Shown: positions 16,454 to 24,639 of the stretch, in pieces
Layout of the letters: each line of letters starts with the position of its first letter
Position numbering within the stretch: position 1 is the first letter of the stretch
From: Rhodobacter capsulatus SB 1003
GTDB taxonomy: Bacteria > Pseudomonadota > Alphaproteobacteria > Rhodobacterales > Rhodobacteraceae
Reading direction: 5' to 3'
Assembly (NCBI RefSeq): GCF_000021865.1
Contig: NC_014034.1
Location: 1,440,001-1,472,000, forward strand
DNA length: 32,000 nucleotides
The notes under the pieces: model-generated
What the model was told of the DNA's origin: nothing
The model's database searches: none
Seen by the model: only the letters and a program-made list of their open reading frames with translations
Program-made: the position numbers and the translations under genes

Positions 16454-18646
16454 ATGAAGCTGACGATCAAGATCAAGCTGATGGCCACCTTCGGGTTGGT
16501 CCTCATCATGCTGACAGCCATTTCCTGGATAGGGCTGTCCTCTCTGAAATCCTCGAACGCCGATGCGAACCGGATGGCCAATGTGCAGGCGCGCATCCAG
16601 ACGCTTTCGGTGATGCTGAAGGACAGCTACGCGAATTCCGACATCAAGACGCTGCAGCATATCTCCACGGATACCGATGCCGCCATGCAGGCGCTGGAAG
16701 ACGGCATCGCCGCGGATCGGGCCGAGCGGACGAAGATCGTCGAGGAGATGCGCGCGCTTGACGAAGGGACCCTCGGGCAGGAGCTGACTGCGCTTGATGC
16801 GCAGGTGAAACTGGTGGCCGAGACCCGCAACGAACTGCTGGACCTCTCGCGTCAGGCGACGGTGTCGAAGGCCAAGGCGCTTTTCATGGGGCCGTCCTAC
16901 GATGATCTGACGAAAATGGATGGGGCGATCGACACCTTGCAGGAGGTCGTGGCCCGGGCGCCGGTGCTGCCGGTTCCCGCCGATGTGGCGAAAATGCAGG
17001 TCATGGAAGTCGAGCGCGCGATCATGGAAGTCGCGACGATGAATGCGCTTGCGATCATGGACAGCAGCGACGAGGGCACGGCCGCGAAGCTGGGCCAGGT
17101 CGAGAAGCTGCGCGCCGAACTGTCGGCCGACATGGACGAGCTGGACACGATGCTGGGCGCGCGTTTCCCGGCCGAGGTGGATGCGATCAAGGCCGTCGTC
17201 GCGGATTACCTCTCGATCAATGATGATCTCGAGAAGCTGACCCTCGCCAATTCCGAAGGCAAGGCCGCCGTCATCATGCAGGGCAGGATGAAGGACCAGC
17301 TTGCGCAGCTCTATGCGCAGCTCGACAAGGTCTCGCAGGTTGCCAGTGCCGCGATGATGGCGTCGCAAGAGCAGCTGAACGCCAGCTACAACAATAGCAA
17401 GACCCTGATCCTGACGATTTCGGGCATTGCGGTTCTGGGCTCGCTGATTGCCGCGACGCTGATCCTGATCGGCATCACCCGGGGCATGAACCGTGCTGTC
17501 AGCGTCGCCCGCAAGGTCGCCGAAGGGGATCTGAAGGTCGATACCCGCGTCACCTCGAAGGACGAGATCGGCGAGCTGATGCAGGCGCTGGGCGAGATGA
17601 CCGTGGCGCTCGACGGCATGGCCAATGTGGCCGAATCGATCTCGCGCGGGGATCTGACGGTGTCGATCAAGCGTCGCTCGGAGGCCGACACGCTTGGCAT
17701 CGCGCTCGAAGCGATGATCGGCAAGCTGCAGGAAATCGTGATCGACATGCATGTGTCGTCGCAAAGCGTCTCGGCCGGGGCCCATGCGATGAGCGCGACC
17801 GCCGAGGATCTGTCCTCGGGCTCGACCGAACAGGCGGCGGCGGCGGAACAGGCCAGCTCGGCGATGGAAGAGATGACGGCGAACATTCGTCAATCGGCCG
17901 ACAATGCCGCGCAGACCGAAAAGATCGCCACCCAGGCTTCGAGCCGCGCGATCGACACCGGCAAGGCGGTGGACGAGGCGGTCGGCGCGATGAAGACGAT
18001 CGCCGACAAGATCACCATCATCCAGGAAATCGCCCGTCAGACCGATCTTCTGGCGCTGAACGCGGCGGTGGAAGCGGCGCGGGCGGGTCAGCATGGCCGC
18101 GGCTTCGCGGTGGTGGCCTCGGAGGTGCGCAAGCTGGCCGAACGCAGCCAGCAGGCGGCGCGCGAGATCAACGAATTGTCGAGCCGCTCGGTCGAGGTCA
18201 GCCGCAATGCCGGCGACATGCTGGGCGAGCTGGTCCCGGCGATCCAGCGCACCGCCGATCTGGTGCAGGAGATCTCGGCCGCGATGCGCGAGCAGAACAC
18301 CGGCGCCGACCAGATCAACCTGGCGATCCGTCAGCTCGACACGGTGATCCAGCGCAACGCCTCGGCCTCGACCGAAGCCGCTTCGGTCTCCGAGGAGCTG
18401 GCGAGCCAGTCCGAGCAGCTGCATGACGTGATCGGCTTCTTCAAGGTGCAGGGCGAGCCCGGCCGGTCCGACCGCGCCGAACGCGCCAAGGATGCCGCCT
18501 GGGCGCGCACCGCGCGGCAGGAGGCCCCGGCCGCGGCCCCGGCCAGCCGTCGCAAGACGCGCGTGGCGGCGGGCACCCGCAACGGCGGCTTCGCCCTTGA
18601 TCTGTCGGAAGACGACGTGGACGATTCCGACTTCGAGAAGATCTGA
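16454..18646 (+). CDS. transmembrane methyl-accepting chemotaxis protein with a large helical periplasmic domain, HAMP and MA domains
   Basis: 730 aa. TM1 is [17 protein letters not shown], followed by a periplasmic region of about 300 aa and TM2 [24 protein letters not shown]. It also has a HAMP domain and the conserved tip [37 protein letters not shown]. Confidence 0.92.
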   Translation: MKLTIKIKLMATFGLVLIMLTAISWIGLSSLKSSNADANRMANVQARIQTLSVMLKDSYANSDIKTLQHISTDTDAAMQALEDGIAADRAERTKIVEEMRALDEGTLGQELTALDAQVKLVAETRNELLDLSRQATVSKAKALFMGPSYDDLTKMDGAIDTLQEVVARAPVLPVPADVAKMQVMEVERAIMEVATMNALAIMDSSDEGTAAKLGQVEKLRAELSADMDELDTMLGARFPAEVDAIKAVVADYLSINDDLEKLTLANSEGKAAVIMQGRMKDQLAQLYAQLDKVSQVASAAMMASQEQLNASYNNSKTLILTISGIAVLGSLIAATLILIGITRGMNRAVSVARKVAEGDLKVDTRVTSKDEIGELMQALGEMTVALDGMANVAESISRGDLTVSIKRRSEADTLGIALEAMIGKLQEIVIDMHVSSQSVSAGAHAMSATAEDLSSGSTEQAAAAEQASSAMEEMTANIRQSADNAAQTEKIATQASSRAIDTGKAVDEAVGAMKTIADKITIIQEIARQTDLLALNAAVEAARAGQHGRGFAVVASEVRKLAERSQQAAREINELSSRSVEVSRNAGDMLGELVPAIQRTADLVQEISAAMREQNTGADQINLAIRQLDTVIQRNASASTEAASVSEELASQSEQLHDVIGFFKVQGEPGRSDRAERAKDAAWARTARQEAPAAAPASRRKTRVAAGTRNGGFALDLSEDDVDDSDFEKI

Positions 18647-18753
18647 CACCGGGGCTTTGCCCGATGCGCTGTCCGGCCCCCGCAAGGGCCGGGCAGGCTT
18701 CCTCCGGGCGGCCGGACCGCCGGGAATTTTTCAGAAACGAAAGGGACCTCCGG

Positions 18754-19290
18754 ATGACTGCCGCCCCGCTTCTCAAGGAATCGTCGCAGTTTGGCCACCC
18801 GGTCGAAGCCGAAGTGGTCGAACCGCGGCGGGCTTACGTGACCTTCGACATCGGCAACCAGATCCTGGCGGCCGATGTGGCGGATGTCCGCGAGATCCTC
18901 GACCATCAGGTGATTGCCCCGCTGCCCAATGCCACGGCGGCGCTGCTGGGCATGATCGACCTGCGCGGCGAAGGCATCGCGGTGATGGACATCGCGCTGT
19001 CGCTCGGCCTGTCGCGGCAGGTCGATGACCGCAACGGCCGGATCATCGTCCTCGACCTGCAGACCGACCGCGAGGCGGCGATCGCCATCGTCGTCGACCG
19101 GGTGCGCACCGTGGTCGAGGTCGACGAGGCCGAGGTCGATCCGGTGCCCTCGGTGCCGGGGGGCTGGAACGCCGGGGCGATGTTCGGGCTGACCCGGGTC
19201 GAGGGGGAGCTTGTCTACATGATCGACCTGCGCGCGGCGCTTGGCCAGTCGGACTCGGCGGCCTTGCCCGGGCCGTTCGACTTCGATTGA
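18754..19290 (+). CDS. cheW: second CheW-like coupling protein
   Basis: From MTAAPLLKES after AAAGGGA. The CheW domain is YVTFDIGNQILAADVADVREILD...LGMIDLRGEGIAVMDI. Confidence 0.85.
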   Translation: MTAAPLLKESSQFGHPVEAEVVEPRRAYVTFDIGNQILAADVADVREILDHQVIAPLPNATAALLGMIDLRGEGIAVMDIALSLGLSRQVDDRNGRIIVLDLQTDREAAIAIVVDRVRTVVEVDEAEVDPVPSVPGGWNAGAMFGLTRVEGELVYMIDLRAALGQSDSAALPGPFDFD

Positions 19291-20192
19291 GGGAGACGGC
19301 CTTGCGCGGACCCTCTGTGGCCTATGCCGACATGCTGACACAACCCGCGGTGCCGATGAGCACCGCGGCGGCGCGGGAACTCGTGACGATCCTGAAGGCG
19401 GAAGCCGGGATCCGGATCGATCCGTCGAACACGCAGTTCATCTCCTATCGGCTGGACCGGCGGGTGACGGCGCTCGGGCTGGACGATTACGATCAGTATC
19501 TTCTGCATCTGCAAAGCCCCGAGGGGCCCGCCGAAATCCAGCGGCTGGTGGAAAGCCTGGCGACCCACACCACCAGTTTCTTCCGCGAAAAGGCGCATTT
19601 CGACTGGCTCGACACGGTCGGCCTGCCGAAGCTGATCGAGGCCGGTGCCGGACGCGCGCATCCGCTTGTGGTCTGGAGCGCGGCCTGTTCTTCGGGGCTT
19701 GAACTCTGGTCGGCGGGGATCGTGCTGGACCGCTACAGCCACAAGGTGCAGGGCGGGCTGCGCTGGGGGCTGGTCGGCACCGACATTTCCGCCGCCATCC
19801 TGCGCAAGGCGCGGCTGGGCATCTATTCCTCGTCGGAACTCTCGGGGCTGTCGTTCGACCTGCGCTCGGACTATCTTCTGCGCTCGAAACCCGGGGCGCG
19901 GATCTCGCCGAAGCAGCGCGTCTACCGGATCGCTCCGGCGCTGCGCAACCGCGCGCATTTCAGCTCCGCCAACCTGCTCGGCAAACTCGAGGGGCAGGTG
20001 CCGCTTGCCGATGTGGTCTTCCTGCGCAACGTGCTGATCTATTTCACCGCCGAGGACCGGATCCGGGCGATCCGCAACGTCATGCAATGCTTGCGGCCGG
20101 GCGGTTACCTGCTGCTGGGCCATTCCGACAATCTGCGCAGCCTGCCCGAGGGGTTGACCCCCGCGGGCACGGCGGTTTTCCGAAAGGACTAG
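19287..20192 (+). CDS. cheR: chemotaxis protein methyltransferase CheR (start uncertain: TTG 19287/19302, ATG 19332 or 19354)
   Basis: ...FISYRLDRRVTALGLDDYDQYLLHL...THTTSFFREKAHFDWL...VWSAACSSGLELWS...FLRNVLIYF. It overlaps the cheW stop. Confidence 0.88.
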   Translation: MRETALRGPSVAYADMLTQPAVPMSTAAARELVTILKAEAGIRIDPSNTQFISYRLDRRVTALGLDDYDQYLLHLQSPEGPAEIQRLVESLATHTTSFFREKAHFDWLDTVGLPKLIEAGAGRAHPLVVWSAACSSGLELWSAGIVLDRYSHKVQGGLRWGLVGTDISAAILRKARLGIYSSSELSGLSFDLRSDYLLRSKPGARISPKQRVYRIAPALRNRAHFSSANLLGKLEGQVPLADVVFLRNVLIYFTAEDRIRAIRNVMQCLRPGGYLLLGHSDNLRSLPEGLTPAGTAVFRKD

Positions 20193-20195
20193 GTG

Positions 20196-21302
20196 ATGAC
20201 CGTGATGCCCGATCCGCATTCCACCCGCCGCCCGCCGGGCGACCGCCCGGTCCGGGTCTTCATCGTCGATGACAGCGCGGTGGTGCGGCAAGCCCTGACC
20301 GACATCATCGGCTCCGATCCGCGGCTCGAGGTGATGGCGACCGCCTCCGATCCCTTTGCCGCGGCCGAACGGCTGAAATCCATGGTGCCCGATGTCATCA
20401 TCCTGGATGTCGAGATGCCGCGGATGGACGGGCTGACCTTCCTGCGCAAGCTGATGGCGCAGCATCCGCTGCCGGTGGTGATCTGCTCCTCGCTCGTCTC
20501 CGACCGGTCCGAGACCTATCTGGCCGCGATGTCGGCGGGGGCGGTCGACGTGATCGCCAAGCCCGAGATCGGGGTGAAGCAGTATATTTCCGAAAGCGCG
20601 CAGCGGATTCGCGACGTTCTGGTGCAGGCGGCTTCGGCCAAGGTGCAGCCGATGCGCGAACGGCCGGTGCAGCCCAAGCTCAGCGCCGATGCGATGCTGG
20701 CGCCGCCGCGCGAAAGCGGCGCGATGCTGCGCACGACCGAAAAGATCGTGGCGATCGGTGCCTCGACCGGCGGCACCGAGGCTTTGCGCGAATTGCTGCA
20801 GGCGATGCCGTCCGACTGCCCGCCGATCGTGATCGTGCAGCACATGCCGGAACTCTTCACCGGGGCTTTCGCCAAGCGCCTTGACGGGCTTTGCGCGATC
20901 ACGGTGAGCGAAGCGAAACCGGGCGACCGGCTCTTGCGCGGCCATGCGCTGATCGCACCGGGCAACAAGCACACGCTTCTGGCCCGCAGCGGCGCGCAAT
21001 ATCATGTCGAGGTCCGCGACGGCCCGCTGGTGTCGCGCCACCGCCCCTCGGTCGATGTGCTGTTCCGCTCGGTCGCGCGGTTTGCCGGGCGCAATGCGGT
21101 GGGCGTGATCATGACCGGCATGGGCGACGACGGCGCCCGCGGCTTGCGCGAGATGCGCGACACCGGCGCCACCACGCTGGGCCAGGACGAGGAAAGCTGC
21201 GTCGTCTACGGCATGCCGAAAGAGGCGATGGCGCGCGGCGCCGTGGGCCAGGAAATGTCGCTTGGCCAGCTGCCCGCGGCGATCCTGCGCGCCTCTCGTT
21301 GA
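20196..21302 (+). CDS. cheB: chemotaxis response regulator protein-glutamate methylesterase CheB
   Basis: Receiver domain ([14 protein letters not shown]...[11 protein letters not shown]) plus methylesterase domain ([14 protein letters not shown]...IVQHMP...GMGDDGA). AAAGGA lies 7 nt upstream of ATG 20196. Confidence 0.92.
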   Translation: MTVMPDPHSTRRPPGDRPVRVFIVDDSAVVRQALTDIIGSDPRLEVMATASDPFAAAERLKSMVPDVIILDVEMPRMDGLTFLRKLMAQHPLPVVICSSLVSDRSETYLAAMSAGAVDVIAKPEIGVKQYISESAQRIRDVLVQAASAKVQPMRERPVQPKLSADAMLAPPRESGAMLRTTEKIVAIGASTGGTEALRELLQAMPSDCPPIVIVQHMPELFTGAFAKRLDGLCAITVSEAKPGDRLLRGHALIAPGNKHTLLARSGAQYHVEVRDGPLVSRHRPSVDVLFRSVARFAGRNAVGVIMTGMGDDGARGLREMRDTGATTLGQDEESCVVYGMPKEAMARGAVGQEMSLGQLPAAILRASR

Positions 21303-21345
21303 TCCGGGGCGCTGATCCGGGGCCGCGCCGGACTTGATCCGGGGC
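21299..21345 (+). repeat. three direct copies of TGATCCGGGGC (21300, 21313, 21335)
   Basis: Read directly from the sequence. The first copy contains the cheB stop codon. The copies lie in the 155-nt gap before the FecR-like gene. Confidence 0.6.
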
Positions 21346-21457
21346 GGTTTCGCGTCATACTCGGGCGGGGGACTTCGGAACATCCGGAAAAGGGGCGGCA
21401 CCGCGGTGCAAGCGCGGTACCGGCCGGGGGCCCCGGGACATTCCGAACGGGGGTCAC

Positions 21458-22063
21458 ATGACCATCAGCCGACGTCTTCTGCTGTCCTTGCCTGCGGCGC
21501 TTGCGCTGGCGCCCCGCGCTGCGCTGGCGCAGGCCGCGATCGGCACCACCCGGGCGCTGACCGGGCGGGCCAGCCTGACCCGGGCCGGCACAAGCGCCGA
21601 TCTGCATCAAAGCGATCCGCTGATGGAGGGGGACGAGATCGCGACCATGGCCGCCTCGACCGCGGCGCTGGAGCTGTTCACCGCGACGCGGATCACCCTT
21701 GGCCCCGAAACCCGCTTCACCCTTGATCGCTTCACCGCCGATCTGGGCGGGGTGGTCAGCATCGGCGGCGCGATGGTTTTCGACCGGCCCGAGGATCTGC
21801 CGAAACTCGATCTGACGGTGCAGGGCGCCTTTGCCCGCATCGGCGTGCGCGGCACGCGGTTCTTCTGCGGCCCGTCGAAAGGGGTTTACGGCATCTTCGT
21901 CGCACGCGGCCGCGTCGAGGTGGCGGCGGGGGGCGAGACCCGGCGTCTGGGACCGGGCGAGGGCGTCGACATCGCCCGCCCGGGGGCCGCGCCGGGCGCC
22001 GTCGCGCCGTGGAAAGCGCCGCGGATCGCCGCCGCCTTCGCCCTGGTCGGGCTCAGGCCCTGA
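21458..22063 (+). CDS. periplasmic FecR-domain protein with a Tat-type signal peptide
   Basis: MTISRRLLLSLPAALALAPRAALAQA (twin-Arg), then a FecR-like beta-rich domain (...GDEIATMAASTAALELFTATRITLGPETRFTL...RIGVRGTRFF...VARGRVEV). Confidence 0.7.
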   Translation: MTISRRLLLSLPAALALAPRAALAQAAIGTTRALTGRASLTRAGTSADLHQSDPLMEGDEIATMAASTAALELFTATRITLGPETRFTLDRFTADLGGVVSIGGAMVFDRPEDLPKLDLTVQGAFARIGVRGTRFFCGPSKGVYGIFVARGRVEVAAGGETRRLGPGEGVDIARPGAAPGAVAPWKAPRIAAAFALVGLRP

Positions 22064-23807
22064 GCGTGTAAAGGGCAAGCCGGCCGAAGCTGCGCAGCTC
22101 GGTCTCGCCCAGCGGCACAAGCCCCGGCACCCGCGCGCCCAGCGTCGGGCCGATGCAGATCCTTGTGCCCAGCGACTTGTTCGCCTCTTGCAGCCGCGCG
22201 GCGAGGTTCACCGCCACCCCATGCGCCGTGTAATCGATGCGGGTGCCGAAGCCGACATCGCCCAAGACCGCGGGGCCGCATTCGACACCAATCCGGGTCT
22301 TGCCGAAGCCGTTGTTTTCGCGGGCGAATACCTCTGTCGCGGCCAGAATCTCGGCGGCGCAGGCCAGCGCCGCCGCCTCGTGGCCGGGCTGATCCAGCGG
22401 GGCGTTGAACAGCGCATGCAGGCTGTCGCCGACAAGCTTGTCGATCATCCCGCCATGGCGCAGCACGATGGCGCAGGTGAGCGCGAAATAGGCGTCAAGC
22501 CGCGCCACCATCTCGACCGCGCCCATCGCCGAGGTGGCGGCGGAAAAGCCTTCGATATCAGTGAAAAGCGCCGTGACCTCGCGGGTTTCGCCGTCAAGCC
22601 GCATCAGCCGCGGTTGCGCGGCCAGTCGGCTGACAAGCGCGGGGGGCAGCAGTTGCCCCATGCGGTCGCGCAGCACCCGCTCGGCCCGGGCAAGGGCTGC
22701 GGCGCGGCCCAAAAGCGCGGTGAGCAGGATCAGCGCCAGCGCGGCGACGGGCAGGACCGGGTCGAGCAGCAGCCCGCCGCGGCCGAAAAACACCGCCGCC
22801 CCGGCCCAGAGCGCAGCCAAAGTCGCGGCCAGCGCCGCCGCGCGGGCGGGGCGCAGGCGCAGCAGCACGAGCAGCGTCAGAAGCCCCGCAAGGGTGACGA
22901 AACCGCCTTCCAGCGCCGGGGCCCAGCCCGGGCGATGCGGCAGCTGCCCCGACCGCAGCCCCGCCACCGCATCGGCAAGGATCTGCACCGAGGGCATCAC
23001 CGGGCTGGTCGCGCTGGGGCGCAGCCCGCCGCGCTCGGGCAGGCTCGATCCGATCAGCACCACGGCGTCTTCGGGCGGCAGTTCCTGCCCGGCCAGCACG
23101 GCGGCGGCGGGCAGGGTGCGGGCGGGCCAGTCCGCGGGGGCAGAGGCGGCAAAGCGCAGGCTGCCCGCCTCCAGCGCAAAGGTCCGGGCGCCAAGCCGCA
23201 GCCCGGCGGGGCCGATCAGCGGCAGCACGCCCTCGGCCCTTGCGGCGATGGCGACGGCAAGACCGGGCAGGGCCCGGCGCCCCACCTCTGCCGCGACCGG
23301 GACATGGCGCACGGTGGCATCCGCCCCGCCCATCAGCGCCATCACCGCCCAGTCGTGACCGGCAAGTTGCGGGCAGGGCGTCTCGGCCCCCGGCGCCTGC
23401 CAAAGCGGCAGCGGCCCGGTCAGGCCCAGCCGGGCGGGCGGCCGGGCCGGGCCGGGGGTGTCGGAAAGCAAAAGCCCCAGCACCGCGGGCTGACCCTGCA
23501 GCGCCGTGGCCAGATCGCGGGCGGGGGCGCCGTCGCAATCCCCCGCGATCAGCATGTCGAGGCCGATCACCCGCGGCTTCGCCTGCGCCAGCCGCGCCAC
23601 AAGCCGCGCCGTCGCCGCCCGGGTCCAGACCGCCCCGGTCTCGTCCCGGGCGCCGATGTCGATCACCACGATGCCGCGGCTTGCGGCCGGGCGGGGCAGG
23701 GGGGCGAAGATCCGCTCCTGCAGGCCCCGCACCGGCGCGGGCGGCCGCGCCAGCAACAGGCCAAGCGCGCCCGTCACCGCAAGGACCGCGCCGCGCCAGG
23801 CCATCAC
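22053..23807 (-). CDS. CHASE2-sensor class III adenylate/guanylate cyclase
   Basis: An N-terminal TM segment is followed by a periplasmic CHASE2 domain (IVVIDIGARDE...RVIGLDMLIAGDCDG) and 3 TM helices. The cyclase domain carries ALFTDIEGFS, KLVGDSLHALFNAP, RIGVECGPAVLGDVG and YTAHGVAVNLAARLQ. The start is GTG 23807 or ATG 23804, overlapping the crp-like stop. Confidence 0.88.
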   Translation of the reverse strand: MMAWRGAVLAVTGALGLLLARPPAPVRGLQERIFAPLPRPAASRGIVVIDIGARDETGAVWTRAATARLVARLAQAKPRVIGLDMLIAGDCDGAPARDLATALQGQPAVLGLLLSDTPGPARPPARLGLTGPLPLWQAPGAETPCPQLAGHDWAVMALMGGADATVRHVPVAAEVGRRALPGLAVAIAARAEGVLPLIGPAGLRLGARTFALEAGSLRFAASAPADWPARTLPAAAVLAGQELPPEDAVVLIGSSLPERGGLRPSATSPVMPSVQILADAVAGLRSGQLPHRPGWAPALEGGFVTLAGLLTLLVLLRLRPARAAALAATLAALWAGAAVFFGRGGLLLDPVLPVAALALILLTALLGRAAALARAERVLRDRMGQLLPPALVSRLAAQPRLMRLDGETREVTALFTDIEGFSAATSAMGAVEMVARLDAYFALTCAIVLRHGGMIDKLVGDSLHALFNAPLDQPGHEAAALACAAEILAATEVFARENNGFGKTRIGVECGPAVLGDVGFGTRIDYTAHGVAVNLAARLQEANKSLGTRICIGPTLGARVPGLVPLGETELRSFGRLALYTLRA

Positions 23808-24505
23808 GCCTCCGGCTCGGCGGCGGCCGAAAGCGCCACCGGATCAAGCGTCCAGGCCCCGTCCTGACGCAAGATCGCCCCCGCCGCCTCCAGCGCCTGC
23901 AGCGCCCGGTTGACCTTGGGACGGCTCGCGCCCAGCACCGCCGCCAGCTCCCCTTGCGAGATTTCCAGCCGCAAGACCGCCGTCGGCGGCAGATCGGGAC
24001 CGTTCAGCTGCCGCAGGCTGAACAGCAAAAACCGCGCCAGCCGGGCTTCCAGCTGATAAAGCGCGATGCCCTCCAGCTGCTCGGTCGTCTCGCGCAGGCG
24101 GCGGCAGAAATACCGCGCGACCGACAGCCCCAGCGCCGGATGCGCCCCGGCCAGTGCGGTGAACCGCGCCCGGTCGAGCACGAAGCCCGTCGTCGGTTGC
24201 ACCGCCGTCGCATCGGCCGAGCGCGGCTCGCCATCGACCAGCGCGAATTCGCCCAAGGTGTCGCCCGCCTCGGCATGGCGCAGGATCAGCTCGCGCCCGG
24301 CCGGGGCCAGCAGCGTCAGCTTCACCCGCCCCGCCGCCAGCGCCACCATCCAGTCGCCCGGATCGCCGCGCTGAAACAGCACCTCGCCCGGCTGCCACCG
24401 CTGTTGCCGCGCCCCCGCGGCCAGCGCCGCCAGCGCCGCCGCATCCAGCCCCTGAAACAGCGCGAAAGAGCGCCAGAACGCCGGTTTGCCCGCCAGATCC
24501 CGCAT
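23804..24505 (-). CDS. Crp/Fnr-family cNMP-binding transcriptional regulator (Clr-like)
   Basis: 233 aa from MRDLAGKPAFWRSFALFQGLD. It has a cNMP-binding domain (GEFALVDGEPRSADATAV) and a C-terminal HTH (SQGELAAVLGASRPKVNRALQALE). It is translationally coupled to the cyclase gene. Confidence 0.85.
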   Translation of the reverse strand: MRDLAGKPAFWRSFALFQGLDAAALAALAAGARQQRWQPGEVLFQRGDPGDWMVALAAGRVKLTLLAPAGRELILRHAEAGDTLGEFALVDGEPRSADATAVQPTTGFVLDRARFTALAGAHPALGLSVARYFCRRLRETTEQLEGIALYQLEARLARFLLFSLRQLNGPDLPPTAVLRLEISQGELAAVLGASRPKVNRALQALEAAGAILRQDGAWTLDPVALSAAAEPEA

Positions 24506-24561
24506 CTCAGGCCCCTTTCCCACCCGCCCATGCTGGCCGGGCCGGGGCCGTCTGGCAAGCC

Positions 24562-24577
24562 TGTTCCCTGCGGAACA
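24562..24577. promoter_or_regulatory. palindromic CRP/Clr-type box TGTTCCCTGCGGAACA
   Basis: TGTTCC-N4-GGAACA (TGT-N10-ACA geometry) lies in the 134-nt divergent region between the crp-like start (24505) and the RTX ATG (24640). It ends 63 nt upstream of the RTX start. Confidence 0.55.
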
Positions 24578-24639
24578 GCGCCGTCGCCCGCAACCGGGCA
24601 AGGTGAGCCCACGCAACCCCCAACCGAAAGGTTCCTTCC

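Noticed and set aside
18626-18646. MCP C-terminus ...DSDFEKI as a CheR/CheB-docking pentapeptide
   Set aside because: Known tethering pentapeptides (NWETF-like) have aromatic residues at positions 2 and 5. DFEKI lacks the terminal aromatic residue, so the call is not supportable.
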